Shown here one piece after another: positions 10,050 to 22,400 of a DNA stretch of 64,000 nucleotides. Within the stretch, counting starts at the first letter, position 1. The number at the start of each line of letters is the position of its first letter. Source of the DNA: Pararhizobium sp. (lineage in GTDB: Bacteria; Pseudomonadota; Alphaproteobacteria; Rhizobiales; Rhizobiaceae); the NCBI RefSeq assembly GCF_035497515.1, contig NZ_DATJDJ010000180.1, forward strand, positions 10,875-74,874, given 5' to 3'. A model generated the notes under the pieces. That model worked only from the letters and a program-made list of their open reading frames with translations, was not told the DNA's origin and searched no databases. The translations under genes and the position numbers were made by a program.

Positions 10050-11846
10050 ATGCCCAGCTATAAGGCTCCGGTAGAAGACACGCTTTTCATTCTCAACGAT
10101 GTTCTCGGCATCGAGCGCTACAACAACCTGCCCGGCTTTGCCGATGCGACACCGGACATGATCGAAGCGATTGTCGGTGAAGCCGCCAAGCTGGCCGAAG
10201 AGGCTCTGTTTCCGGTCAACCTCTCCGGCGACCAGGAAGGTTGCAAGCGTAACGACGATGCGACGGTGACGACGCCCAAGGGCTTCAAACAGGCATTCGA
10301 TCTCTATCGTCAGGGCGGCTGGCTCGGCCTGTCCATTCCGGAAGAATATGGTGGCCAGGGATTGCCCTACACGCTGCACACCGCCGTCGGCGAATACATG
10401 TCGTCGGCCAATATGGCCTTGACCATGTATCCGGGGCTGACGCAGGGCGCGATCGCCGCGATCCTCGTGCACGGCACAGACGCCCAGAAGGAAACCTACC
10501 TGCCCAAGATGGTCACCGGCGACTGGACCGGCACCATGAACCTGACGGAACCGCATTGCGGCACCGATCTTGGCCTGTTGCGCTCCAAGGCCGTGCCGCA
10601 AGGCAATGGGTCCTACAAGATTTCCGGCCAGAAGATCTTCATCTCCGCCGGCGAACACGACATGTCCGACAACATCATTCACCTTGTGCTGGCCCGCATC
10701 GAGGGCGCACCGGACGGCGTGAAGGGCATTTCGCTTTTCATCGTGCCGAAGTTCCACGTCGAGGCCGATGGTTCCGTCGGCGAGCGCAACACGGTTTCGT
10801 GCGGCGCGATCGAACACAAGATGGGCATCCACGGCAATTCGACCTGCGTCATGAACTATGACGACGCTGTCGGCTATCTCATCGGCGCGGAGAACAAGGG
10901 CCTCAACGCCATGTTCGTGATGATGAACGAGGCCCGCCTCGGTGTTGGCCTGCAAGGCTTGTCGATCTCCGAGGTCGCCTATCAGAATGCCGCCAACTAC
11001 GCCCGCGATCGTATCCAGGGCCGCTCGCTTTCCGGCGTCAAGGCACCGGACAAGAAGGCCGACCCGATCATCGTCCATCCGGACGTGCGCCGCGTGCTGA
11101 TGACCATCAAGGCCTTCAACGAAGCCGGCCGCGCCTTCACGCTGTGGACCGCACTGAAATCCGACATCGCCCATCGCGGCGACAACGACAATGACCGCCA
11201 GACTTCCGACGATATCCTCGGCCTGATGACGCCGATCCTCAAGGGCGTGCTGACCGACAAGGGTTTTGACCATGCCGTCATGGCCCAGCAGTTGTTTGGC
11301 GGCCACGGCTATATCGAGGAACACGGCATGAGCCAGTATGTCCGCGACGCCCGTATCGCGATGATCTACGAAGGTGCCAACGGCATCCAGGCCCTTGATC
11401 TCGTCGGTCGCAAGCTGGCGCTGAACGGCGGGCGGGCCATCACCGCCCTGTTCAAGGAAATCGGCGATTTCTGCGAGGAGAACCGCGCGGATGAAAAGCT
11501 GGTCGTGTACACCAAGGGCCTCAAGAAAGGTTTGAACGACCTGCAGGCCGCCACGATGTGGTTCATGGGCAACGCCATGGCAAAACCCGACAATGCCGGT
11601 GCAGGCTCGACCGACTACATGCACCTCTTCGGACTCGTCGTGCTCGGCTACATGTGGGCCAAGATCGCCAAGACGGCCGAGGAAAAGCTGGCCGAAGGCT
11701 CGGGCGACCGCGAGGCTTACCTGAAAAACAAGCTCGTCACCGCGAAATTCTTCATGGAACGCATCATGCCGGAAACCGCGCTGCGCAAAGCCCGCATCGA
11801 AACCGGCGCCGACACGCTGATGGCGCTCGACGCGGCGGCGTTCTGA
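10050..11846 (+). CDS. Acyl-CoA dehydrogenase
   Basis: [34 protein letters not shown] and [10 protein letters not shown] motifs. Confidence 0.93.
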   Translation: MPSYKAPVEDTLFILNDVLGIERYNNLPGFADATPDMIEAIVGEAAKLAEEALFPVNLSGDQEGCKRNDDATVTTPKGFKQAFDLYRQGGWLGLSIPEEYGGQGLPYTLHTAVGEYMSSANMALTMYPGLTQGAIAAILVHGTDAQKETYLPKMVTGDWTGTMNLTEPHCGTDLGLLRSKAVPQGNGSYKISGQKIFISAGEHDMSDNIIHLVLARIEGAPDGVKGISLFIVPKFHVEADGSVGERNTVSCGAIEHKMGIHGNSTCVMNYDDAVGYLIGAENKGLNAMFVMMNEARLGVGLQGLSISEVAYQNAANYARDRIQGRSLSGVKAPDKKADPIIVHPDVRRVLMTIKAFNEAGRAFTLWTALKSDIAHRGDNDNDRQTSDDILGLMTPILKGVLTDKGFDHAVMAQQLFGGHGYIEEHGMSQYVRDARIAMIYEGANGIQALDLVGRKLALNGGRAITALFKEIGDFCEENRADEKLVVYTKGLKKGLNDLQAATMWFMGNAMAKPDNAGAGSTDYMHLFGLVVLGYMWAKIAKTAEEKLAEGSGDREAYLKNKLVTAKFFMERIMPETALRKARIETGADTLMALDAAAF

Positions 11847-11868
11847 TTGAGCTTGCACCGAGGTGCTC

Positions 11869-11965
11869 CCCTCCCCCTTGTGGGGAGGGTTGGGGAGGGG
11901 CCTTTCTTTCTCAAAAAAAGAACCCTCCCCTCCGCTTTGCTCCGCCCTCCCCACAAGGGGGAGGG
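11869..11965. repeat. Rhizobial intergenic palindromic element (CCCTCCCCCTTGTGGGGAGGG type)
   Basis: CCCTCCCCCTTGTGGGGAGGG and its exact reverse complement CCCTCCCCACAAGGGGGAGGG about 75 bp downstream, with internal hairpins. Confidence 0.75.
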
Positions 11966-12043
11966 TTGACCCGGCGCATGCCGCCGGTGACAGTGGACAC
12001 ATAGATTTTGGCAGGTTGAACTGCCGACAGGGAGAAAACAATC

Positions 12044-13252
<1,209 letters not shown>

Positions 13253-13263
13253 GAACGAAAGAC

Positions 13264-13479
13264 ATGCCACGGCGCGAAGTCTACGAGCAGCATAAGCATG
13301 AAATCGAGGAGGAGTTCGCCCATCATAACCTGGAGAGGGACATGAAGGCGGACTACGAGGCTTCCACAAAGATCGGGACGGACGAACACGTCCGCCGCCT
13401 GCGCGTACAAAACCGCGTTCTGTTGGTGGTTCTCATTCTCGTTGTCGGCGGGTTTTCTCTAGCGCTTGGCGTCTTTTGA
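13264..13479 (+). CDS. Small hypothetical membrane protein (71 aa)
   Basis: Fills the thiolase-fadJ gap; AGGA SD; charged N-terminus and a single C-terminal TM helix. Confidence 0.55.
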   Translation: MPRREVYEQHKHEIEEEFAHHNLERDMKADYEASTKIGTDEHVRRLRVQNRVLLVVLILVVGGFSLALGVF

Positions 13480-13513
13480 CTATGAACGAATTTCAGGGGA
13501 GAGGAATCCCATC

Positions 13514-15727
13514 ATGAGCTACACCAATTTCACCATCGAAACCGACGAAGACGGCATTGCGCTCGTCATCTGGAACATGCCCGACAAGTCGATGAACGTC
13601 ATTACCGCCGAGGTGATGACCGAACTCGACGCGATCATCGACCAGACGGTCGCGGATGAGGCCGTCAAGGGCGTTGTCTTCACCTCCGGCAAGTCGACCT
13701 TCTCCGGCGGCGCCGACCTGTCGATGATCAAGGGCATGTTCACGTTTCAAGCTGAACAGAAGAAGATCGACCCGGAGAACGCCGCGCAAAAGCTGTTCGA
13801 CCTCACCGGCAAGATGACCGGCCTCTACCGCAAGCTCGAAACCTGCGGCAAGCCGTGGGTCTCGGCGATCAACGGCACCTGCATGGGCGGCGCGTTCGAG
13901 CTGTCGCTCGCCTGCCACGGCCGCGTCGCCGCCAGTTCGAAATCCGTCAAGATCGCCCTGCCAGAAGTCAAGGTCGGCATCTTCCCGGGTGCCGGCGGCA
14001 CGCAGCGTGTTCCGCGCCTGACCAATGCGCAGGACGCCCTGCAGATGATGACCACCGGCTCCTCGCTCACGCCGCAGCGCGCCAAGGCCATGGGTCTGGT
14101 GCATGAGGTGGTCGATCCAGCCGAACTGATCAACGCCGCCAGGGCGATGATCAAGAACGGTTTGAAGCCCGTGCAGCCCTGGGACGAAAAGGGCTACAAG
14201 GTTCCCGGCGGCGGCATCTGGACGCCGGCCGCTGCCCAACTCTGGCCGGCCGCCTCCGCGATCCTGCGCCGCGAAACATCGGGCAACTATCCCGGCGGCC
14301 TCGCCATCCTCAAATGCGTCTACGAAGGCCTGCAGGTTCCTTTCGACACCGGCCTGAAGATCGAGCAGCGCTATTTCACCGAAATCCTGCAGACCACCGA
14401 AGCCTTCTCGATGATCCGCTCGCTGTTCATCTCGATGCAGGAACTCGGCAAGGGCGCGCGCCGCCCGGCCGGCATTCCGAAGGCGGACCTGAAACAGATC
14501 GGCGTCGTCGGCGCCGGTTTCATGGGCGCCTCTATTGCCTATGTCTCGGCCGCCGCCGGCATCGCCGTCACCCTCATCGACCGCGATATCGAAGCCGCGA
14601 CCAAGGGCAAGACCCATTCCGAAGGCCTGGTGAAGGACGCGATCGGCAAGGGCCGCATGACCCAGGAACAGGGCGAAGCCCTCCTGGCGCTGATCACCCC
14701 GTCGGCCGACTACGGCGACCTGAAAAACGTCAAGCTCGTCGTCGAGGCCGTGTTTGAAGATCGCCAGGTCAAGAAGGACGTGATCGAGAAGGTCGAGGCC
14801 GTTCTGGCCGAAGACGCCATCTTCGCCTCCAACACATCGACCCTGCCGATCACCGGCCTTGCCAAGACTTCCAAGCGCCCGATCCAGTTCATCGGCATCC
14901 ACTTCTTCTCGCCGGTCGAAAAGATGATGCTGACGGAAGTCATCCTCGGCAAGGAAACCGGCGATGTGGCGCTCGCCACCGCGCTCGATTTCGTCGCGGC
15001 CATCAAGAAGACCCCGATCGTCGTCAACGACACCCGTGGCTTCTATGTCAACCGCTGCGTCTTCCGCTATATCCACGAAGCCTATGACATGCTGATCGAA
15101 GGCGTGCCGGCGGCGATGATCGAGAATGCCGCCAAGATGGTCGGCATGCCCGTCGGCCCGCTGTCGCTCAACGACGAAGTGGCGATCGATCTATCCCAGA
15201 AGATCCTCAAGGCCTCGATCGCAGACTTGGGCGAAGCCTCGGTCGATCCCAAGCACATGACGCTGATCAACAAGCTGGTCGACGATCTCGATCGTCGTGG
15301 CCGCAAGAACGGCAAGGGTTTCTACGACTACCCGGCCAAGCCGGCCAAGAAGTCGCTCTGGCCGGGCCTCAAGGACCTCTTCCCGCAGAAGAGCGCCGAC
15401 AGCTTCGACGTCGAAACGATCAAGCAGCGCTTCCTCGTCACCATCGCGCTCGAAGCCGCCCGCACCATTGAAGAGGGTATCGTCACCGACCCGCGCGAAG
15501 CCGATGTCGGCTCGATCCTCGGCTTCGGTTTCGCGCCCTATACCGGCGGCACGCTCTCCTATATCGACGGCATGGGCGTCAAGGCCTTCGTCGCGCTGTG
15601 CGAAAAGCTGGCCGCCACCTACGGCGCGCATTTCCAGCCGACGCCGCTCCTCAAGGACATGGCCGCCAAGGACGAAACCTTCTACGGCCGCTTCGATCCC
15701 TACGGCGCGGCGGCGAAGGCTGCGTGA
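13514..15727 (+). CDS. Fatty-acid oxidation complex alpha subunit (enoyl-CoA hydratase / 3-hydroxyacyl-CoA dehydrogenase, FadJ/FadB-like)
   Basis: Crotonase GGAFEL...LPEVKVGIFPGAGGTQR; Rossmann GAGFMG; ASNTSTL; HFFSPV. Confidence 0.93.
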   Translation: MSYTNFTIETDEDGIALVIWNMPDKSMNVITAEVMTELDAIIDQTVADEAVKGVVFTSGKSTFSGGADLSMIKGMFTFQAEQKKIDPENAAQKLFDLTGKMTGLYRKLETCGKPWVSAINGTCMGGAFELSLACHGRVAASSKSVKIALPEVKVGIFPGAGGTQRVPRLTNAQDALQMMTTGSSLTPQRAKAMGLVHEVVDPAELINAARAMIKNGLKPVQPWDEKGYKVPGGGIWTPAAAQLWPAASAILRRETSGNYPGGLAILKCVYEGLQVPFDTGLKIEQRYFTEILQTTEAFSMIRSLFISMQELGKGARRPAGIPKADLKQIGVVGAGFMGASIAYVSAAAGIAVTLIDRDIEAATKGKTHSEGLVKDAIGKGRMTQEQGEALLALITPSADYGDLKNVKLVVEAVFEDRQVKKDVIEKVEAVLAEDAIFASNTSTLPITGLAKTSKRPIQFIGIHFFSPVEKMMLTEVILGKETGDVALATALDFVAAIKKTPIVVNDTRGFYVNRCVFRYIHEAYDMLIEGVPAAMIENAAKMVGMPVGPLSLNDEVAIDLSQKILKASIADLGEASVDPKHMTLINKLVDDLDRRGRKNGKGFYDYPAKPAKKSLWPGLKDLFPQKSADSFDVETIKQRFLVTIALEAARTIEEGIVTDPREADVGSILGFGFAPYTGGTLSYIDGMGVKAFVALCEKLAATYGAHFQPTPLLKDMAAKDETFYGRFDPYGAAAKAA

Positions 15728-15833
15728 GTATGGTAAGATAACAGTGACGGCGAGGCCCCGAATGGAGCCTCGTGCGGGTAAAAACTCCCTTTGATTTGGT
15801 GTCTCATCGGAGGCCCGAGCGGCCACGAAAACC

Positions 15834-15950
15834 CGTCACGCCGGTGCTTGGCACAGGCATACAGCCAGACCAAGTCCTGGGGCTGAAAAGGTCTTTTCGC
15901 ATCGCAGACGCGCTGCGGCTGGATCCCCGCCACAAGGGCGAAGATGAGGG
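15834..15950 (-). repeat. RIME1-like rhizobial intergenic mosaic element
   Basis: Terminal hairpins and a core GCGCGTCTGCG...CTTTTCAGCCCCAGGACTTGG (minus strand) that match the RIME1 architecture as I recall it. Confidence 0.7.
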
Positions 15951-16116
15951 AGGGATGGTGATTGACGCCGCTCAAAATCCGACATCGGAGTGCAAACCGG
16001 CGTCCCTAGCAAATGCTCACTGTCCGGAAAACCGAACAACCCGTACCGATTATCCGCCATTATCGTTCAGACGAAAACGGCCTATCTGACAGATGTCCCA
16101 GCAACGGAGCACCATC

Positions 16117-16995
16117 ATGTCCAATCTTGAAAAGTCCGGCACGTTCACCCTCGGCGATCGCGCGGTCAAGCGTCTCGGCTACGGCGCCATGCAGCTTGCC
16201 GGCAAGGGCGTCTTCGGCCCGCCGAAGAATCGCGCGGAAGCCGTCGCCGTGCTGCGCGAAGCCATCGAAAACGGCGTCGATCATATCGATACCAGTGATT
16301 TCTATGGCCCGCATGTCACCAACCAGATCATCCGGGAAGCGCTGCATCCCTATCGCGACGACCTCGTCATCGTCACCAAGATCGGCGCCACGCGCGGCGC
16401 CGACGCCTCGTGGAACCCGGCTTTCTCGAAGGAAGCGCTGACGCAGGCGATCCACGACAATCTCAAGAACCTCGGCCTCGACGTGATCGAGGTGGTCAAC
16501 CTGCGCGCCATGTTCGATGTCCACGGCCCGGCCGAAGGCTCGCTCGAGGAACCGCTGACCGTGCTCGCCGACCTGCAGCGCCAGGGCCTCGTCAAGCATG
16601 TCGGCCTCTCCAACGTCACCGCCAGACAGGTGGCCGACGGCCGCAAGATCACCGATATCGTCTGCGTCCAGAACCAGTACAACCTTGCCCATCGCGACGA
16701 CGACGCCTTCATCGAGGCACTGGCGGTGGAAGGAACCGCTTACGTCCCCTTCTTCCCGCTCGGCGGATTCTCGCCACTGCAATCCTCGACGCTCTCGGAT
16801 GTCGCCGCACGGGTCGGTGCAACGCCGCTGCAGGTGGCGCTCGCCTGGCTGTTGCAGCGCTCGCCCAACATCCTGCTGATCCCCGGGACCTCCTCGCGCG
16901 CCCATCTGCGTGAAAACCTCGCCGTCGTCGACCTCGTGCTGCCGGCCGACGCTATCCGCGACCTCGACGCCATCGCCGCCGCCAAGGCCGCCTGA
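16117..16995 (+). CDS. Aldo/keto reductase (YdbC-like)
   Basis: RLGYGAMQL, IDTSDFYG, VTKIG, VGLSN and LLIPGTS motifs. Confidence 0.9.
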   Translation: MSNLEKSGTFTLGDRAVKRLGYGAMQLAGKGVFGPPKNRAEAVAVLREAIENGVDHIDTSDFYGPHVTNQIIREALHPYRDDLVIVTKIGATRGADASWNPAFSKEALTQAIHDNLKNLGLDVIEVVNLRAMFDVHGPAEGSLEEPLTVLADLQRQGLVKHVGLSNVTARQVADGRKITDIVCVQNQYNLAHRDDDAFIEALAVEGTAYVPFFPLGGFSPLQSSTLSDVAARVGATPLQVALAWLLQRSPNILLIPGTSSRAHLRENLAVVDLVLPADAIRDLDAIAAAKAA

Positions 16996-17134
16996 CCATC
17001 GATCCGACCATCGCGCAGCCGCGGAAAGCCGCGCGATGGTCCTTTTCCGATATCCGTTCCCACTCCCCGCCGGACACACGTCTCGCCTCGCCCCCGGCAC
17101 TCCGCTATGATCCGGCGTCAAGCGGAGACATGTC

Positions 17135-17644
17135 ATGCCGGCCAAGACACCCGAAAAGCCAAACCGTCCCGACAACAAAGCCACCCCGGCCAAGCCACGC
17201 CGCGCCCCGAAAACCACCGCGAAACAGGATGCCGATCCGACCGTCCCCGTCCTGCTCTCCGGCGGCAATCCCCAGATCGCCAAGGGCCACGGCGACGCCC
17301 CCGTCCAGGCCTATATCGCCGCCATGCCCGGCTGGAAAAGCCCCGTTGGTCAACGCCTTGACACGCTCATCACGCAGACCGTCCCCGACGTGAAAAAAGC
17401 GGTCAAATGGAACTCGCCGCTCTACGGCATGGACGGCCAGAGCTGGTTCCTCGGCATCCACTGCTTCGAAAGATACATCAAACTCACCTTCTTCCGCGGC
17501 ACGTCGCTAACCCCGATGCCGCCGATCGCCTCGAAGACAGCGTCCGCACGCCACCTGCATATTCACGAGGACGGTATGTTCGATGAGGCGCAGCTTGTCG
17601 ACTGGATCCGGCAGGCGAGTTTGATGCCGGGGGAGAAGATGTGA
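17135..17644 (+). CDS. DUF1801-family protein
   Basis: LLSGGNPQIAKG, KAVKWNSPLYG and LTFFRGTSL motifs. Confidence 0.8.
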   Translation: MPAKTPEKPNRPDNKATPAKPRRAPKTTAKQDADPTVPVLLSGGNPQIAKGHGDAPVQAYIAAMPGWKSPVGQRLDTLITQTVPDVKKAVKWNSPLYGMDGQSWFLGIHCFERYIKLTFFRGTSLTPMPPIASKTASARHLHIHEDGMFDEAQLVDWIRQASLMPGEKM

Positions 17645-17671
17645 AGGCGCCCTTGAAATAGCCTCCTCACT

Positions 17672-17706
17672 TCCGTCATTCCTGTGCTCGTCACAGGAAT
17701 GACGGA
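17672..17706. repeat. Collapsed RIME-end hairpin
   Basis: TCCGTCATTCCTGTG-ctcgt-CACAGGAATGACGGA with perfect 15-bp arms; related to the ends of the 15834 element. Confidence 0.7.
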
Positions 17707-18019
17707 GGATGGGGAGCCAACAGCCGCCCAAACAGCCAACTCCGCCAAACAGTCAACTCCGAGTGCGCCCCTCCCCAACCTGCACACTCCCGGCCTGCCG
17801 GCGCGCAAAGGCCTGCCGTGGGTTCTGTCGGAGATACAATCGACAACACTCGGCTATCAGAAATTTTTCCGCCCTGCATTCATGACGGCGCCCATCGCCA
17901 GGAAGCGACCCTGAAGGAACTTGGCAGGCTTTTTTAGGGGGGCCGGAGGGCGGGACCGACATATGAAAAGGCCGCCGGTCAAACCGGCGGCCGATTGTTT
18001 GGCCGGGATGCGTCCGCTC

Positions 18020-19054
18020 TCAGGCCGCCATGCCCTGGATGGCCGAGACCTGCCAGTCACCGCCACGCTTGCGCAGGAAGGTCCAGAGCTCGACGGCTTC
18101 GGTCGGCTGGTCCGGATCACCTTCGACGACACGGCCGGTGGCGCGGTCGCGGGTGACGTCGATGCTCTCGTAGCGCATGGCGACGGTGGCATAGTCGTCG
18201 CCATCTTCATTCCAGGCTTCCGCGACATCGCCCTGCACCAGTTGCACGTCGCTAACCTCGTTCTTCACGCCCTTGGTGGCATTCTCGCTCAGTTCCTCGG
18301 CAAGCCAGGACATCGCCTCGGGCGTCGTCAGCTTGCGCAGCGTTCCGTAGTCCTCGGCGGCATAAGCGGCCTGAACCTGCTTCAGCATGGCCTCGAACTG
18401 GCTAAGATCGTCTTCGCCGACACCGATCTCATCGGTCGACTGACCAGCCTGCCGCGCCGGTGCCGGGCGTGCGGCACTGCCGCCGCCGCCAATCGAGGGA
18501 ATCTTGAAGGAGGGCATACCGGAGCCCATACCTTGCCCAGGGGTGCCAAAACCCTGCATCGGCGAGGCGCCGGCGGCGGCCTGGCGCGGCGAATAACCGG
18601 CCGGGGCTGCCGTCTGGCGATTGCGGAAGAACCGCATCGCCAGCATCACCGCACCCGCGATCAGCGCCATCTGCAGGATCATGCCGAGCATGCCGGCCAT
18701 GCCGCCAAAGCCGGTGCCCATCATCATGCCGATCAGGCCGCCCAATGCCAGGCCGCCGAGCATGGAGCCGGCAAAGCCGCCGAACAGGCCGCCCGGACGC
18801 TGCGCGCCGGGACGTTGCGCCGTCGATTGCGGGCCTGCCGACTGGTTCTGATTGCCCTGCTGCGGCGTCATCGTCCGGTTGATCGGTGTGGCGTCGGCCG
18901 GTGCCGTGCGGGTGACCGGCGGCGCGGAAAAGGTGCGGCTGCCACGGCTGCCGAAACCGCTGCCGCCACGCCGGGCCTCGGCCAGATCCACCACCGTCAG
19001 CATCACCATCGAAGCAACCGCAAAGGTTGCGAGAACCCGTCCAAACCTCAACAT
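18020..19054 (-). CDS. Tim44 domain-containing protein
   Basis: Signal peptide, RRGGSGFGSRGSRT, Gly-rich TM region and a C-terminal Tim44 domain (ELWTFLR...WQVSAIQ). Confidence 0.85.
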   Translation of the reverse strand: MLRFGRVLATFAVASMVMLTVVDLAEARRGGSGFGSRGSRTFSAPPVTRTAPADATPINRTMTPQQGNQNQSAGPQSTAQRPGAQRPGGLFGGFAGSMLGGLALGGLIGMMMGTGFGGMAGMLGMILQMALIAGAVMLAMRFFRNRQTAAPAGYSPRQAAAGASPMQGFGTPGQGMGSGMPSFKIPSIGGGGSAARPAPARQAGQSTDEIGVGEDDLSQFEAMLKQVQAAYAAEDYGTLRKLTTPEAMSWLAEELSENATKGVKNEVSDVQLVQGDVAEAWNEDGDDYATVAMRYESIDVTRDRATGRVVEGDPDQPTEAVELWTFLRKRGGDWQVSAIQGMAA

Positions 19055-19298
19055 CAAACCCAATCCTGTTGTTTCCCGTGGGCATGCCAAGCGCGCCCCG
19101 TGCAGGACATATGGGGGCATCGGTGTGCGAATTGAAGGCTTTTGGGGACCAGTTCACGGTAAAGCGGGACGCGAAACCCGGGTAACGGCCGTAAAACCGG
19201 TGAGACACATATCCCCGCCACCGAAATCGAAGCGATAACCGCCAAAAGAGAAAGGCGACAAACCCGCCGCCTTTTCGCTTGTCTGTCTTATGGGCCGC

Positions 19299-20657
19299 CT
19301 AACCGATGAAGGTGTCGTACAGCAGCTTGAGATTGAGCACGACGATGATCGAGGCGACGGCCCAGGCGATGGCCGCGACATATTTCGGGATGACGAAATT
19401 GCCCATCTTCTTTTTATCCGAGACGAAACGCACCAGCGGAATGACCGCGAAGGGTAGCTGCATCGACAGGATGACCTGGCTGAACACCAGCAGTTCCGCC
19501 GTACCCCTCTCGCCATAAATCCAGGTGACGACGACGACCGGGATGATGGCGATGCCACGGGTGATCAGGCGGCGGGCCCATTGCGGGATGCGCAGCCGGA
19601 GAAAGCCTTCCATGACGATCTGGCCGGCCAGCGTCGCCGTCACCGTCGAGTTGAGTCCGGAGGCAAGCAGCGCCACCGCAAACAGGGTGGAGGCGATGCC
19701 GAGGCCAAGCAGCGGCGAGAGCAGTTCATAGGCCTGGCCGATCTCGGCCACGTCGGTGCGGCCATTGGCGTGAAAGACGGACGCCGCGATGATCAGGATG
19801 GAGGCATTGATGAACAAAGCCAGCATCAGCGCGATCGTGCTGTCCGTCGTCGCCCACTTGATCGCATCGCGCTTACCCTCGTCGGTGCGCTTGTAGTTGC
19901 GGGTCTGGACGATCGAGGAGTGGAGATAGAGATTATGCGGCATGACTGTGGCGCCGATGATACCGATGGCGATGTAGAGCATGGCCGGGTTGGTGACCAC
20001 TTCCGACGACGGCAGGAAACCGCGGAGGACTGCGGCGACCGGCGGAGCGGCTGCGGCGATCTGGATGATGAAGCAGCCGGCGATGACGATCAACAGCGCG
20101 ATGACGAAGGCCTCAAGATAGCGGAAGCCCTTGTTCATCAGCAGCAACAACAGGAACGCATCGGCCGCCGTGATCAGCGCCCCGCCGATCAGCGGAATGC
20201 CGAACAGAAGCTGCAGCGCGATCGCCGTGCCGATGACCTCTGCGAGGTCGCAGGCGATGATCGCCGCTTCGCAGGCAAGCCAGAGCATGAAGTTGACCGG
20301 CCTGGAATAGGTGTCGCGACAGGCCTGCGCCAAATCACGCCCAGTGGCGATGCCGAGCCGGGCGGCGAGCGCCTGCAGGAGGATCGCCATCAGGTTGGAG
20401 AGCAGGATGACCGTCAGCAGCGTATAGCCGAACTGCGATCCGCCGGCGATGTCCGTCGCCCAGTTGCCGGGATCCATGTAGCCGACCGAAACCATGTAGC
20501 CCGGCCCCATGAAGGCAAGCAGCCGGCGGAACCAGACACCACCGGAGGGCACCGGAATGCTGGCATTGACTTCGGGAAGGCTTGGGCGGGCGTCTTCATC
20601 ACGGCTGGCAAACGTCCAGCTCTGTTGCGGTGCAAGGGCGGCTTGCGTTTCGGTCAT
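19299..20657 (-). CDS. mntH: Nramp-family Mn2+ transporter
   Basis: [20 protein letters not shown] and GQIVMEGF signatures. Confidence 0.95.
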   Translation of the reverse strand: MTETQAALAPQQSWTFASRDEDARPSLPEVNASIPVPSGGVWFRRLLAFMGPGYMVSVGYMDPGNWATDIAGGSQFGYTLLTVILLSNLMAILLQALAARLGIATGRDLAQACRDTYSRPVNFMLWLACEAAIIACDLAEVIGTAIALQLLFGIPLIGGALITAADAFLLLLLMNKGFRYLEAFVIALLIVIAGCFIIQIAAAAPPVAAVLRGFLPSSEVVTNPAMLYIAIGIIGATVMPHNLYLHSSIVQTRNYKRTDEGKRDAIKWATTDSTIALMLALFINASILIIAASVFHANGRTDVAEIGQAYELLSPLLGLGIASTLFAVALLASGLNSTVTATLAGQIVMEGFLRLRIPQWARRLITRGIAIIPVVVVTWIYGERGTAELLVFSQVILSMQLPFAVIPLVRFVSDKKKMGNFVIPKYVAAIAWAVASIIVVLNLKLLYDTFIG

Positions 20658-20713
20658 GCACGGTCTCCGGACACGGAATGGGCTGAGTTGCCTGAAAGCT
20701 ATGCCAAGGCTCA

Positions 20714-20737
20714 ACATTATGCAATAGGCTATATTGT
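20714..20737. promoter_or_regulatory. Putative MntR operator in the mntH promoter
   Basis: Imperfect palindrome ACATTATGCAATAGGCTATATTGT containing a GCTAT half-site; lies between divergent mntH and mntR. Confidence 0.5.
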
Positions 20738-20838
20738 ATCGATAAGGCTTTTTCTTGGGCGATCTGGGCGGTGGACGGAGGGATAAACCGTTATGAAAAA
20801 TTCAAGCCCGTGCTATGAAATCGCAAAACACATTGCAC

Positions 20839-20898
20839 TGCTGTATATTTAAAGTGTTACAGCGACCTTTGCGCGTCCTATGACGCGCGGCTCTGTAG
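20839..20898 (+). repeat. Motif-C-like rhizobial repeat, copy 1
   Basis: TTAAAGTGTTACAGCGACCTTTGCGCGTC...GACGCGCGGCTCTGTAG; four copies in this window. Confidence 0.8.
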
Positions 20899-20920
20899 AG
20901 ACCCGAGAGGACTACGCCCC

Positions 20921-21370
20921 TTGCCGCGCCGCCCCGTTCCCCGCACGGATCCGCTTCCCGACGCGGACATTCACTCCGAGGGATTCCGGCAGACCCGCGA
21001 AGCCCGTCGCGGTGCGCTGGTGGAGGATTATGTCGAGCTGATCGCCGACCTGATCGAGGATGGCAACGAGGCGCGCCAGGTCGATATCGCCGCCCGCCTT
21101 GGCGTTGCCCAGCCGACGGTCGCCAAGATGCTGGCGCGGCTGGCGGCCGAAGGCCTGGTGTCGCGCAAGCCCTATCGCGGCGTGTTCCTGACCGAGGCCG
21201 GCCAGAAGATGGCCGAGGAAAGCCGCGCAAGGCACCAGACGGTGGAAGCCTTCCTGCGCTGCCTCGGGGTCAGCCCGGAAACGGCGCGCATCGATGCGGA
21301 AGGCATCGAACACCATGTCAGCGGCGAAACGCTCGAAGCCTTCCGCCGCTTCATCCAGCGGAAAACCTAA
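20921..21370 (+). CDS. mntR: Manganese-dependent DtxR-family regulator
   Basis: [10 protein letters not shown], wHTH ([11 protein letters not shown]), PYRGVFLT and [10 protein letters not shown]; divergent from mntH. Confidence 0.92.
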   Translation: MPRRPVPRTDPLPDADIHSEGFRQTREARRGALVEDYVELIADLIEDGNEARQVDIAARLGVAQPTVAKMLARLAAEGLVSRKPYRGVFLTEAGQKMAEESRARHQTVEAFLRCLGVSPETARIDAEGIEHHVSGETLEAFRRFIQRKT

Positions 21371-22245
21371 CCGGCCCGCAACCGCCGGCCGAAGCGTTCG
21401 CCGAGGATGATGATCATGCCGGCGGCAAAGATCAGGCCGGCGCCGACGAAGACCTGCGATGCAGGAATATCGCCCCAGATCAGGAAACCGAGACCGAACG
21501 CCCAGATCAGCGACGAATATTCGAATGGCGCCAAGACCGAGACCGGGGCGCGGCGCATGCCCTCGAACAGCGCATATTGGCCGATGCCGGCCACCACCCC
21601 CGTGCCGGCCATCAGCGCCACATCGGTCAGGCTCGGCGGCACGTAATCGACGGCAACGGCAATGCCGGTGAACAGGATGAAGAAACCGCTGGAGATCGTC
21701 ATCTGCACCAGCGTCACCTCCTGCAATGCGGTCTTGCGCAACAGCACTGTCGAGATCGCCCAGAACACGGCGGCCTGCAGCGCCAGCCAGACCGGCAGAC
21801 TGAGTTTCATACCCGTGCCGAACGGATCGGTGGCGACCATGACGCCAACGAAGCCGACAAGCACGGCGATCCAGCGCAGCGGCGGCACATGCTCCTTGAG
21901 GATCGGCACGGCAAGGATGGTGATGAGGATTGGCGAGGCATAATAGAGCGTCGTCAGTTCCGCGAGGCCGAGATCGCGCGCGGCGGTATAATAGGACAGC
22001 CAGGCAGCGAGCAGCAGGATATTGCGCACGAACATGGGTTTGAGCACCGGCGAGCGCCATGCCCGGCCGATCAGCGGCCGGCCGCCGATCAGGAAACAGA
22101 TCGAGAAAATCGTCACGCTGCGCACGAACAGAATCTGCCAGACCGGCAGCGCCACGACCAGCCACTTGACTGCCGCATCCTGCAGCGAGAACAGGAAATA
22201 GGAAAAGATTGTCAGCAGAACGCCGGAAAGAACCGAGGTCGTCAC
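21367..22245 (-). CDS. DMT (EamA) family transporter
   Basis: About 10 TM helices with duplicated EamA halves; [11 protein letters not shown] motif. Confidence 0.85.
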   Translation of the reverse strand: MTTSVLSGVLLTIFSYFLFSLQDAAVKWLVVALPVWQILFVRSVTIFSICFLIGGRPLIGRAWRSPVLKPMFVRNILLLAAWLSYYTAARDLGLAELTTLYYASPILITILAVPILKEHVPPLRWIAVLVGFVGVMVATDPFGTGMKLSLPVWLALQAAVFWAISTVLLRKTALQEVTLVQMTISSGFFILFTGIAVAVDYVPPSLTDVALMAGTGVVAGIGQYALFEGMRRAPVSVLAPFEYSSLIWAFGLGFLIWGDIPASQVFVGAGLIFAAGMIIILGERFGRRLRAG

Positions 22246-22400
22246 GCAAGTCTCCCGATGCGCGACGCATCGTCGGCATGGCCCGTGATAGCGCGGCGCG
22301 CGGTGGCGGGAAAGGTGGACCAATCCACCGGCCTGTGGCGAAAAATGGGGGTGTCGGCGGTTGCGCCTCACCCCACACGCTCGGCCTGCGGAAACCGATG

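Noticed and set aside
17820-17940. GGTTCTGTCG resembling an IS6-type terminal repeat
   Set aside because: No partner inverted repeat or transposase remnant was found.
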